This document shows positions 42,601-56,300 of a stretch of 64,000 nt of DNA, piece by piece. The stretch spans positions 8,363,408-8,427,407 of the forward strand of contig OZ037771.1 in assembly GCA_964035545.1 (NCBI GenBank), in the 5' to 3' direction. The translations under genes were made by a program, and so were the position numbers. The notes under the pieces are model-generated. The model was not told where the DNA came from. It saw nothing but the letters and a program-made list of their open reading frames with translations, and made no database searches. The first letter of the stretch is position 1; each line of letters starts with the position of its first letter. Origin of the DNA: Bugula neritina. Taxonomy: Eukaryota; Animalia; Bryozoa.

Positions 42601-45600
42601 GATTACTAAGCACTAGTACTGATTACTAAGCACTAGTACTGATTACTAAACACTAATACTGATTACAAAACAAGGCTGTCTTATAGAAATTACAAAATAT
42701 TCTGGAGCTTTACGCAAGGCAAAAGTTCGTGACCGAAGATAAACTAAAGAAAAGTATACATGAGAACTACACTAGAACACAACAAAAGTGCATCAACAAA
42801 AGATGTATTGAATGAAAAGTAAAGAACTACTGGAGCTACTACCTTACATGATAAGAAAAAATAAACAATCAAAGACGTTGATATGCTTTAATGAACCACG
42901 ACCAGAAATACCAATTCTAACTAGGGCGTCTGGGGAAAACAGACGGAAAGGGGGGGAGGGGAAAAAGAAAAATATCATTTTGAATACAAATAGAACAAAT
43001 AATGTAGAAGGTACTTAATGCACAATTCTATATATGAAAATGTGGTATATCATTGCTGGTTCACGTGTGGATAAGGCAAATGAAATGCCTGTAAAAACTA
43101 AACATCAGACTAAAAGCATCGCGTGTAACTTTTTGTGAAAACTGCATTTTCTCCTTAAAAGTGCCCTAATTTTCATTAAATTAAAGAAAGAAAATGGACA
43201 GAAGTGCTAATAAATAAATTAAATAATTTTTTGCGCAGCATACTTCATAGAATTCATCGTGATGAAAACAACTTCTTCTCACCTTTCACCGCTATGTCCT
43301 GATCAGGTGGCAGGTGAAAACAACTCTTATGTGAAAGTAAAATATGCCGAGGCAGTAGCCACTCATTACTTCATCATCTACTAACCTTTCAGCAAGGTCA
43401 TCCAGGTGTTGACCCAATGCCAGAACATTATAGCCATTATCCCGAGCACACTTGTAGATTCTTCCTCGTTTCATACGACTACAGAAACTGCATATGGAAT
43501 CACATCCACCTTCCAGCTCTCCTGCCTGCTTCATGATACCTGGAAGTGACATGTATTCAGTCAGACATTTGGTTCTCCAACAATACAATCAGCTTCTTAA
43601 CATAAATTGGTGTGGGTTTCTGAATATAGTTGGTTAGTGGTTTCTATCAGACTGATAAATCTATGGAACTACGACTAGAAGCTTTTATTAATTGAACTAT
43701 TACCACAATGAGATGAGGGGTTTAGCAAATGAGATTTTTCTGTGACTACTGACTTAAAAAAACAGTGCAACTGGCTAGTGTAAAATTTATCTTTCAAGTA
43801 TGAAATGGCACTTAAAGGGGTGATAAATTAAATGCAATTTAGCATATTGCCAATTTTAATTAGCACAAAGTTGGCCAAAAATTGCAGTTCTTTTTGTGAG
43901 CTTTTTGCTGAATACAGTTTTAATCAATGATGTTTAGTTCCATAGCAAAGGATATAAGAAGTAAAATAGTTTCTATTTAGACAATAATTTTTAGATAGCA
44001 ATATAAAAAAACATAATTCATTCAAAATTATTTCAACTTGACCGAAAATAAATGGTAATGGTTAGCATGATGGTATATTACAATCAGAAACAAAAGCATA
44101 ACACACTTTCTTAAAGGAGCATTATATTTAAAAATATTATTTAAAATTCTCAAAAAAAAAATCAAAATTATAAATAATTACCTGATGACCATGATGATTT
44201 CAAAGCATAATTTTAGAAAATACACCGATATACCCGAAATCGTTTTTCCTCGAATAGCAGGAACAATGAGTTAATAAAGAAATGATGATGGTATGATGAA
44301 GTTATATAAACTCATAGGAGATGAGTTCAGGAATAAATGAACTAGTTTTTAGGCAAAGAAGAAATAACAAAGGGACAGTGACATAACTTAGGGCAGAGTT
44401 TTAATATCACTACTCTTACAGCCAGAACTGACAAAGCCATTGAAGCAGCCTACCTTGCTCTTCGTAGAAATAAGGAAGATTTAGTTGAGCCAAGTATGGT
44501 ATAAGAGGTCGGGGGTCATAGGCACTGGAACCAGGATCTACTGTGACAGCACCGAGGGAAAACTCAACACCCTGTAGATACCATAAAGTCACTCTTATTA
44601 TCAGTTATAAATGATCAACAACCCGATACACTATAATGTCTTAATACATACGTATATAAATTTCACGGACACCTTTTTGAAAAAATATGCTCTGGAGCTC
44701 TGGAAAACTGTAGGACTCCCTGAAACTTGATACGTTATGAAGCAGTCAATAACACTCTTGGTACAAATTGATTCGCACGCATAACATAATAGCATCAGCA
44801 GTTGGTTGATTGTGGCAATAGGAAATATACTCCAATAAAAATAATTATCATGTCACAATGTCGTTACGTCACAATATCATTATGCTATGTCATCATGTCA
44901 CAATATCGTTATGTCACAATGCAGTCATATCACAATATCATAATGATGCCAGTCATACTTTGCTTTTTGCCACAAACTGATACTGTTTCATGGCATGTAG
45001 AAGAGATAGAGAGTCCTTGCCACCAGACAGGCATATCAGAATCTTGTCACCATTATTTATCATCTTGAAGTCATCTATAGTCTGAAAAAGTAAATATCTC
45101 ATGTATATGTACTTTATTACCATTGCATAACGCATCAGTAGATGCAATTATTAGATGCCAGAACAAAGTAAGTTGCCAATTACTTACTACCAAAGCAACA
45201 CAATAATATGATCTCGCAATGAAATCTACCCTTTATTAAAAACATGTTTAAAAACGCCTATTTCATTTCATTCCATTATACATTACCCACACAATTGCTT
45301 CTCAAAGCATGTTAAAATGCTACTGTGAGTTACATTTGAAGTTGAGTTTCACAGTACATAATGTCGATCACCAATATTTCAGAGAGAAAATATAGAACAT
45401 TACTTTATGCTCTTTGAGCCTAGTGTTTGCCTTTAAGATGAAATCCCACTTGAAGAAATCATAAAAACTTTATGTATTGAAATGTATCTCTTCCACATAA
45501 ATTATATTCATACATCCTAAACACAGCAACTGCAGGCAGACATTACATCCATGTTAAGTTGCTACTCAAAGCATTATCAAAGATTTATTTCTGAGTTGAT

Positions 45601-47169
45601 GATGAAATAATAAAGCAGCTTTACGTATAGCTTTGATTCAAATTGACTGCTGAAACAGCTGGTGTACTAGGCAAAGTAACCTTTATGCAACATTATGCAA
45701 TAAAACAATAGAACAGCCAGCAATTTGCTGTGACATGTTTAACTGTAATGAGTGTTTAGGATGCCATGAGTGTCTCACACCTTGATTAGCACACTGATGA
45801 TGTATTTAGGAACTTTCTTCCAGGGAGACGGCATCCGGGTGGCAGCCAATTTCTCATCTTCATCTTTGGTGTTGAGAGAGGTGACTGAAGAGGATGTTGT
45901 AGCTAGCTTGACTTCTTGTGCATTCGTAGAGCTAAGAGCGCCTGATGATGTCGTATTGGTTGGCAGGAATAAATCGAGCCCAGCCTGTGAACTGGGCAGG
46001 TCCGACTCAAGGATCCGAGGGGAGGGCCGTCTAGAGGCTCTAATGACTGATTGCTCATCTACAAATTTTACCATTATTTACAACCTCTTCAAATTAGCAG
46101 TCAGTATGAAAACTGTAGACTATAATAGTTAATACACTGAAACATTAAAAACTGCCCAAACCAAGTAGACACTACATTACCACTAATAAGAAGATAAGTA
46201 GTTAAGTGCGTGTCAACCAGATAACAAGTTAGCAGTACACCTCACCTTTTACCGGCAATCTGTAAGCCGGTGGTTCAAACACAGGCTTGTCTATGAGAGG
46301 CAAACTCAGGGTTCCGAGAAGAAGTTCTGTAGCTTCACTCGGCAAGAGAAACCATAGCAGTTGTGTATCGGCAAACATAACTCGTTGGTCGGAGGTAGGA
46401 ACAGCTTTCTGCCGGAACACAGATAGAGAGTAAGTAGAGAGATACAGAGTAAGTAGAGAGTAAGTAGAGATACAGTAGAGTACACCAGCAGACTAGTAAC
46501 TACCTTAGCAGCAGACAGCATGATTTCTTGAGCCTCTTCAAGTGTTTGCTGATAGCTGGGGGCTGGAGTGTCGCTGTGGTTTTTGTAGGAGAAAGACATT
46601 TTACCAGACGTATACGAGATGGCACCTAGCCACTTCCTGTCCTCAAACACTTCATGGTGTCTCACTTTCCACTCCCCAGTTGTTGGATTAAATAAGTACC
46701 TGACAACAGAGTCAAATCAAATGCGTGCCTTATATAGGCTACAATCTGCTCAAATATAGTTATAAATTCAATCCCCACTAACTGACAAGCTCTTCTGCAG
46801 GTGTTGACTGCATTGAGAAATATGGTATTATGATAAAGAAAAGGAGGTGTTTGATGATAATACAAGAAAGATGTTGTAAGTTCCAGTCCATGGCACCTTT
46901 AAAGAATTGAATGACCAGACCACTTGGGATGTGGAGAAATAAAAAGTAGTACCTGGGCAACAGCTTCCACCCGTCAGCTGCCACCATATTGACGGCAGCA
47001 ATCACAAAGTCCACTTCCTCATCAGTCATGAAATAAGGCAGGTTGAGTCTAACAAACCCTGGTCTGTAATAGAAATACGTATAACTGGTAACACTGTTGA
47101 GATATAGTTATACTGCTAGACACAGAGTTTTACCTGCATACATATGATACTAGATATATAATATTACCA

Positions 47170-47200
<31 letters not shown>

Positions 47201-47227
47201 CGTATATATATACATATAATGTATATA

Positions 47228-47276
<49 letters not shown>

Positions 47277-47306
47277 ATATATATATATATATACATATAT
47301 ATATAC

Positions 47307-47378
<72 letters not shown>

Positions 47379-50300
47379 CGCTAGATATAATACAACAAAC
47401 AATATTAACTTTACATTTAAGGGACACTTACTATTACAAATAGCTTAGTTTAGTCTGGAAATTGGGCCCTATTTTGTAAAACATTTGTAACAACTGCTGT
47501 TTTTAACATGAGATTGTAATAGTAAGTGTCCCTTAAATGCAAATTGATGATGGAGTGTGTGTCTAATGAATAAACATTAGATGTGCTACAAAGTAATACA
47601 AAACAAAAAGTTATCTTCCATGCAACAAACCTCAATATCTCTTTATCAGAGAATTCTTGTGTGCGCCGAAGATGGGTTCTGTCTAGCCGACTGTCTTCAA
47701 TCAGCGTCTCCTCAAATACCACAGCCAGTTCTTCGTTGATTCCCAGCAGGTTGTGCGCATAGGGCCCGGCGCACGCACACCCTCCCCTCGACTGGATGCC
47801 AAATACATCGTCCAATAGCGCAGCAGCATAGTTGTGGTGTAGAAACTAAGAGTTACAAAGTAGTGGATTAAAACCTTCTATAGCCAACACAAATAAAACG
47901 TTACAGTTGATCTCTAGCTTGTTGAGCCACTGCTACTATGAAATGGCTGAAATAACAGAATAATTCAAAACAAAGAATACAAGTCACTTAATTACCAGAT
48001 AAAACTGCTTAAGAAAACGTGTCACCTTAAAGCATTCCATTTGGAAAGAATGCAAGCAAAGAGTGCATATAACAGGCAATGTGAAAAACTATTGATATTC
48101 TCAAAGACTACATCTACTTGAGAGGAAAGTAGATTATATACCCGAGAAACTTACCTTGTTGCCCTTTCTAAACATCATACTAAAGACAGGTAACCTGTCA
48201 GCTGATCGACTGCCCAGTATCACCAGACCTTCCACATCCTTCCACGCAGCCAGAGCTTTCCTACAACATCCAACGCAAGCTAAACATATATAAGAACTGA
48301 AGTATCAGTCTCAGTGGATATCCCAGCACACTTGACCAAACAAGTTTAAAGGAGATTATTATAGTACAATGTGAGAGGACGTGGTATAGAAAGTGGAGGG
48401 GTTTAACAGCTAAATAGCGTCATAAAAAGTAGATGTGCTCCGACAACTACATAAACGATGTTATAGGGAGTGGTGTCAGAAGGTGGGCGTAGTCTAGCGG
48501 TTATATGGAGTCAGAAGGTGGACGTAGTCTAGTGGTTATATAGAGTCCTAGTAACTAACGGTACTGTTACGCTGCGCTATCAAATAAAACTCTAGCAAGG
48601 CCAGTGGTAAGGCCAAAAAGAGCCTGTAGTTACAAATACGCTGCAGCACTTAGAAAGCACCAAAGTCATGTGACGATGACTTCATGTAAAAACTATATTT
48701 ATCCTAAAAACCATTGCCTTGGCTTTCATAATTATTGAAATAGGAATTTGGTTTGTTATATAACAATACATAGGCACTTACAATATGTACATACTCATTT
48801 CTTGGTTAAAAAAACTTTATGACGGAAATGATCTAACTTTGACATGAAATTTTACAATATTTAACCTTTTCATTGACAATGTATAACAATACAGGCACAG
48901 AAATAGTTAGTCTGTAGTCAGTATTGGTGGCTCTTGTGGACTGTGCTTACTACAGAACTATTGAGCTGTAGCCAATACTTACGCATATAAATATTTCTCC
49001 CTGTTAACTATGTTAGAGACACCGACAGATCGTTTTAGTTGGAATACTAGGCCAGCTCGGATAGACCCAATGATGTCGGGGGTCCCGCCCTCCTCCCGCA
49101 CTTCAATCTACAAGGTGTAGTAAAACTTGTAAGTCTACGCTGATCAGAAGACAACTCCATGAAAGGAACTTATATCAATATAAATATGGTCATAAGCAAA
49201 ATACACTCATCGATAAAAACCTATATATACACAATTGGTGTCCAGTAAAAATGACACAGGTAATAATGGCACAGGTAATAATGGCACAAATGGCAAAGTA
49301 GGTAAAAATGGCACATTTTCAATATTAGTGTTTGGGGATGGAGGTTTGGAATGGGGAGGTTTAGGTTTGGGGTGGGAGTTTGGGTTTGGGAAAATTCAAC
49401 ATCAGCGTGCCATTTTTACCTACTTTGCCATTTGTGCCATTATTACCTGTGCCAGTTTTACCTAAAACCTATGCAAGTACCTAAATTTGTCTAGAAATAG
49501 ATTTACCTCAGTAGAAAAATTTGCATAATTATTAGTGAAGTTACTATCCTAAACAGCAAGCCAAAGAAAAATAAAGTTTACTGAAAATGGAACTTATACA
49601 ACACCCATCACACACATCTATAGCTGCACCACATATAATAACATATAGCAATAAATCGTGCCAGTTCAACAGTGAGATTCCATTGAGGGACATTTGGATC
49701 ATTGTGAGTGTAAAGTAGAGCTAGCAGAGGTATGACTATACCATGACTGATCACTGCACAATCTGATTGACTGATGATCTGTAAACTGGTTTACCGTAAG
49801 AACAAATCTCACAAAATAGATTGTAGCCTAAGAACTCAACTCACAAGAACACATATAATACTGGCACACCCCCCTGTAAACAGTACCAAATAAACAGCTG
49901 AACTGACTGACACCTACCTCCTTCAAGTATGTGTGATGCTCTCTCCTGACGTAGAATACGGTACCACCACCAGCGTGTGACGGTACCGGGTTGGTGAAGA
50001 GCTCCTTCTTAGCCACTAGTATTCCAGGAGTTGACGGCCCACCAATAAACTTATGGGTTGATATGAACATGGCATCTTTGTATATGTACTGTTGGTCATC
50101 CCTATAGAGATGTCACAATAGTATACAGTCATACCGTATATTTAGTCATACTGTATATTCAGTTGTGCCGTATATTCAGTCGTACCGTACATTCAATCAT
50201 ACCGTATATTCAGCCATACTGTATATTCAGGTGTACCGAATATTCAGTCACAGCATGTATTCAGTCATAGTGGTTAGACAGTTAGCTTATTGGTGCCAGT

Positions 50301-53300
50301 ATAATTTCTGGCATCGTTTCATATACTGTATTTAATATTGATTATAACTACTAAAATAATAACAGATTTCAATGACATAAGCATTTAATTCAGTTGTTAA
50401 AAAAAACAATTATGAAATATGCTGAGCTAGCAAGACCCAAATTACTCTCATAAACCTACTGAGCTGAACAAGTCACACGTCATATTATAATGCTTCATAT
50501 ACCACTAGTATACAGATAAACACGCCGTATTAAAATTTCTAATAAATGAAGGAATAAACTATTCAACCACACAAGTAACAAAATATTTCTAACATTGAAA
50601 CTATGACATTGAGCAAAATGATAGGAGCAGTGCATATCTTACCCAACTACGCTAAAACGAATGAAATATAGCATTAGTGAATGCGTGTGTCTGCTATGAC
50701 CTAACACGGCACCAAAACTAGGTAACTGCTAAGAAAATGCGGCCGAGTTCTCACAACTAATGAAGAAGAAATTGAGAGCCAGACTCTTAAGAAGTTTCTA
50801 TTTTGAGGCAACTTTTAAAATGTTGGATAAAATCAGCAACCAGGAATACACTTTCAGATTTTAGAAACTTACTACTGCCATTCCTTTAGTATTGTAGCCT
50901 CACATTTGAGTAATATTGAGCAATTCAGTTCAACCAGTTGACCACTATATTTTGGAACTTTCTGCATATCATAAAACTTAGAATTAAATGTAAAGAGGCA
51001 GTATAAAAGGGACTCGTATATTACCAGAAATAGACTGGCCTCATGTTTGAACTATCTTTGATGGCTCAGTAATTAATATACAAAACTCCATGAAAATTAT
51101 AAACTAGCGTAGAACATTTGGTAGTATATTTGTGTATATCAATAGATCAAACATAGATACTCATTTGGCCATCTTAATGAATCCAAGTGGTTCTCATCAC
51201 ATAAATTGACCATTTTAAGCACGGCAAGCTAAGCTTACTGTTGATAAAAAAGTTTTTAAAAGTAATTTTCAACTCTGCCTTTCTCCAAATGATTCAAAAA
51301 TTTATTGAGGATATTTATAGTTGCATTCTTTTCTATGGCCTTGCATTCCTTTTCATCGCGAAATGCTAGTAAAGCATATTTATTTAAATTAATATAAATA
51401 GTTACTGCAGTCTGATCAACACACTTTATTATATTCAGAATATAACTCTACATTAGGACTTACCCTCCCCTGAAGGGATTCATATTAAGCTCGACATAAG
51501 GCGCTGCCATAGCATAATCCCAGAAGACGAGAGCACCTGCTTTGTGTAGGCAAATGGTGATGTCATCGACTGGCAGCATGTTGCCAGTGATATTAGAGGC
51601 AGCAGACATGCAGCCTATGAGCTTCCGGTCAGTTCCTGAAAGTTTCTGTAAGCACAATGCTAGAGTTGATTATCACAAGAACAATAAAACACAGGAGGGG
51701 GGGGGGCAAGAAACGTATGTAAAAACGTGATTAGCCATAGAGGGGAAAGTTACTCAATAGCCTATTCAGTAATGTTAGTCAATAGCAAAGATACACACCA
51801 TATAGATAATACACTGTGTTTCCATTGCTTTGCGCTATGCGGATGGATGCATATGGATGCTCATACGGATGAATTTGTGGTTGCGGTTTGTATGAACCTA
51901 TGGTTCTGGTGTGATTCGATGCAACTGTTTCCAAATATGAAAAACTCATTCACATAATGCAAAGCTTGGAAACGCAGTGATGGTGCAATACCACTAACAA
52001 CATGGCTGTAAATTTGAATCCTGTTAAATGAATTATAACTAAAATAGAGTAAACTTAATAGTCCGTAAATGTAGCCTGTATATCTGTACAACAAGTTGAT
52101 GGATGGAGGAAGGAATAAAGACACACCTTCAGTACACTGTGTAGTTCTCCCATGTCAAAACTGCCTTCTTCAGTGACACCAATTTGGTAAACCTGCAGCA
52201 ATATGAATCATATACTACACAGTAGACTATTATCACATATATCAAATTACAATTTTCAATGTAATGTACCATTTACATCAGCCCTGACACGTAATATTAT
52301 CTCTAGTTATAAAGGTACACTGAAAACCAACTGATACTAAGAGTTCTAAACAACTCTGGCATTCTCAGTACTTCAAACTAAATTGAAAGACTGCTAGGCC
52401 TGGCCCAGCTCTTCCTGTACAGACAAGTAAAAACGAGAAGGGTACTATTTATAGCAACATTATGAACATAAACTAGTCAGAGAGATCACGGCCATCTCCC
52501 AAGTTTACTAGAACATTGATTCTGGGATACTTGACTAGATCTTTGACAGTCTCTCTCAATCTCTAGTCATTAGAAAGCTGAGTCTACTATTAATATAAGT
52601 ATATGTACTGTAGAAGTACCAATATTAAATTCTATATTGACCAGTTATTATGTCACCTAAATGCATTATAGGTAATGTTACGTAATATCTTGATAATAAT
52701 GCATGAAAGTCCTTATGTTTCAGAACAGATTTTTACGGAGTAAAAACACATAGTTGGTCAGAATGACCAACTCACAAGCTTTCTAATGATACAGAAACAG
52801 AAAGACTCCAAGAACTGTCTTGGGTGTTAAAATACACAACATACAGCATGTAATTATCACATAGAGATGTGTATTGACTGGCACACAAACACTGGACTTA
52901 CTTCTGATGCAATCTCTCTCCATGGAAGCAAGGTAGAATGGTGATCATATGGTCCAGCTATGACTATAGGACTTTCATCTACTGGGCTGAGAGTCAGCGA
53001 GTTAATGAGAAGGTGCACAGCACCAGTGCATCCGCTGCCGGCGAATATCACGGCATCATGCTCTCCTGCATTCACGCAGTCTCGTATAATAGACCTGTAA
53101 GAAGCAGACTGAATATTTGTGTGCAAATATATTGATCTGGTGAGCAATGAATGGTGCTCTTTATATTCTCTGGAGAGTTGGTGTCATGGGATTCAAACCT
53201 ACCACACCAAAAGTTCATTCAACATGTTAAGGCAAACACACTAAGACTCACAAAATGAACAGAAAAACACCTCTATTTCTGGTAATGAACTGTTTTATAG

Positions 53301-56300
53301 TAAATTGCATGTTAGGAAACCTTAGCCTGCTGTTTATTTGTAGAGCACTAGTTCCAAGATAAATCACTCTATACATAATATTTGTTCTTTACCTGGCCTC
53401 ATGCCTGAAAAGTGTTGTTTGTAGACCAGTAACGGAGGTTGTAGTGTGCGTGTTGGCATACGCCGGTAAAACTTCATCTCTTATGTAATCTTCAATAAAC
53501 TTCAATGCCCTAAGAAATGCACATAGAATAGTTTAATTTATAGCAATCGAAAAATCCTATAAGTGAATGAATCCTAAAAATTCATGTAAAGAATAGATAT
53601 AACAAATTGCTTTATCACTGAGTTAATCTATAGAAACATGAATTATTTCTTGAAGTTTTGAGCCTAAAACATTAACAGTGGCATTAAGTAAAGCGCGAAG
53701 GTCATGGCGAATAAGAAACTTGCACCATGCCCCCATTTCCCTTTGAAAATCATAGTGTGATGCAGGTTTTACTTGTTAACCTCAATTTATGTTTATATAT
53801 TTTGGAAAAGACCGAAAATTAAACGTATAGACAGAGAAACTTGTAAAGTGTACGTACCTTCCCGAAGCCACATAATCGCAGTACAAAACTAAAACAAAAA
53901 CCAAATTAAACATGATTACACTTCGATATTGTGTCACTTTTAAAAAATATATTTAGTAATCAGCAAGCTACGGACGAAAATTACATCTGCATAAATTCTT
54001 GATTCTCTAAAACCCATGAATTGCACACAACTGCTAGTGAATTATCTAAGCCACATGGTCATGTCTTATTTTATATTTCCCCAGTGCTAGCTTTCTACAT
54101 TCCCTGAATATATGCATCCCAGTTTTGTATCACATTTCACATCCTGCACTTCTTGCTGTCTTCTTCTTTAATTATGGCCGCCTGGTAAAGCATTGTCTTT
54201 ATATGCATCATTTCTCACTGCAGCATTATTTAGTTTTACTGCAGTTTTAGTCATTTATAAAATTATTCAGTGTGGTGTCTTCATACACACATGCTCTCTT
54301 ATGTAATGTAACCAGCTGCATCATTCAACTGACATCATTCCGCCACCTTTCATTCTGCTAACATGCAGCCTGCCCACACCTGCTCTTGGGTGGAGTACAC
54401 GCTTCATAGCCATAAGCCCCCTTGTCTTTTTTTTCTATCTTCTCTTAAGTGGAGTGCACTCATTAACAGCCAAGACCCATATTCCAGCTGTGTTATACAT
54501 TGCTGCCCATGACCCATGTATTTATTGTTCTCATGATACTCCCTCCATTCAAATTTGAGTCCACAGTTTTTTCTCATTTATAGTAGTCCTTTTGATCTTA
54601 TTTGTCATTTTTTCTTTTTTTTATTCTGTCTCTCTCAAGAATTGTAATTATAAGTAGTAGTAGCAGTAGTAGTATAGTAATAGCAATATAAATAACTATA
54701 CTCCCAACTAATACTAGACCGAAATCTAACACTATTAGAAATGGTAATACTGTGTTAGTAATACTAAGACTAGTAGTAATACCCTTTCGAAATTAAGAGG
54801 AAGAGTGAATCACATATTTTAAATTAATAATATGAGTCACTAGGAATAGTTTACCAATGTAATAAATTTAAATAATTATTGTACTAACTCAATAGAGTCT
54901 AGACACAAGGAGCAGCAGTGGTCTAGGGGTTAGAGCGTTCGCCTAGTAAACACGAGGTCATGGGTTCGAGCCCCGGACAAAGGCCATTGGTGATGTTAGG
55001 AAGAGCATCCAGTCATAATTGCTCCTGTGCCTCATTTAAATAAGTCCTTAGCCCACTTCAACAAAAACCTTTTCTATCAGGGGTTTCTCACAGGGATAGC
55101 GACTATAAACTTGTGTGAGTATTTTTAGAGTTTAGACACATTCACCAAAAATAAATAATGGAGTAGAAGTCTAACATTAGCTCTTAATCTAAGCATTACT
55201 ACTACTATGGACTTGCAATACCTCTTGCTGTGTACGATTGGCCAGAAAAACTTCTACCTCCTACACTGGATAGAATTTCTGACCAATCGTACACCATAAG
55301 TGATGTTGCAGGGCCATCCTTTGGACCCATCACTCGTAAACCTAGATGTGCACAAGGATCAGTTTTACGACTAATACCTTTCTTCATTTTTATCAATGAT
55401 TTACCGTACGCAGTAACTACTTTGCGGATGACACTCTTGTCTATCAGAAAGCCTCATTAGCTGACTGTAAAAGATTCTAACAAAACCCTAACTCATCAAA
55501 TCAGAAAAGTGGGGTATGTCATTGAATATCTCTTGAAGCAAAATAACAAGCTTCAACTCTATAGGCAATACTCTTAAGTGTATGTTGAATAGAGCAGTCT
55601 AGGATCATCAGATACCCATGTGTTACACTGCAGGTTTAATAAACATATATTAAAGAAGGTACTAGAGTCTAAAAGAAAATTGGGTATAATTGAAAGAGCT
55701 CTCTACTAGGCCCTAAAACAATGTGTCTACCACACCTTGAGTATGCTAGGACAGCTTGGGACTCAACCTGCAAGAAGGGTAATTCGGGAGAGGATGCAAG
55801 TGGACGCTGTATACTTCATAACCATTATCAAAGGCTGTGAAGATATGGAGAACGCTATAAAGAAGCTGTACCTACAGCTTTTCGAACAGAGAAGACAAAG
55901 ATTCTGAACAAACAAAAAAAATATCTGGCTTTCAGCTTTACCTTCAATGATCCGCTGACCAAACAACTGTAAGCACTGTACAGATTTGTTCCCTACACTA
56001 CTGATTAGTGGAGCTAATGGCACGGAGTACCGAACAGGTTTCTCCCAAGGACTATAAGGGACTGAAGATTGGACATAATCAAGCCAATAGTGTGGAGTGC
56101 TCCAGAACTGCTAACACTGCGTAGACAGAATTGAATTTAAAGCCCCTGTCCAGTTAATAAAGCTCAACTAGTAATTATTGGCTAGTGAGTGTGACGGCTC
56201 AACATAGTAAACATATAAGGGACACCCCCTTTTTTTCAGGTTGGCCCACCATGATGATCACTCGGTTACGTTTGAGTATTATATTTAGTATGACTATAAG

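Noticed and set aside
47130-47443. IYIYIY ORFs
   Set aside because: (TA)n microsatellite.
54909-54985. Possible tRNA gene
   Set aside because: No convincing acceptor stem, and it continues into a body shared with a second dispersed copy, so it is a SINE head.
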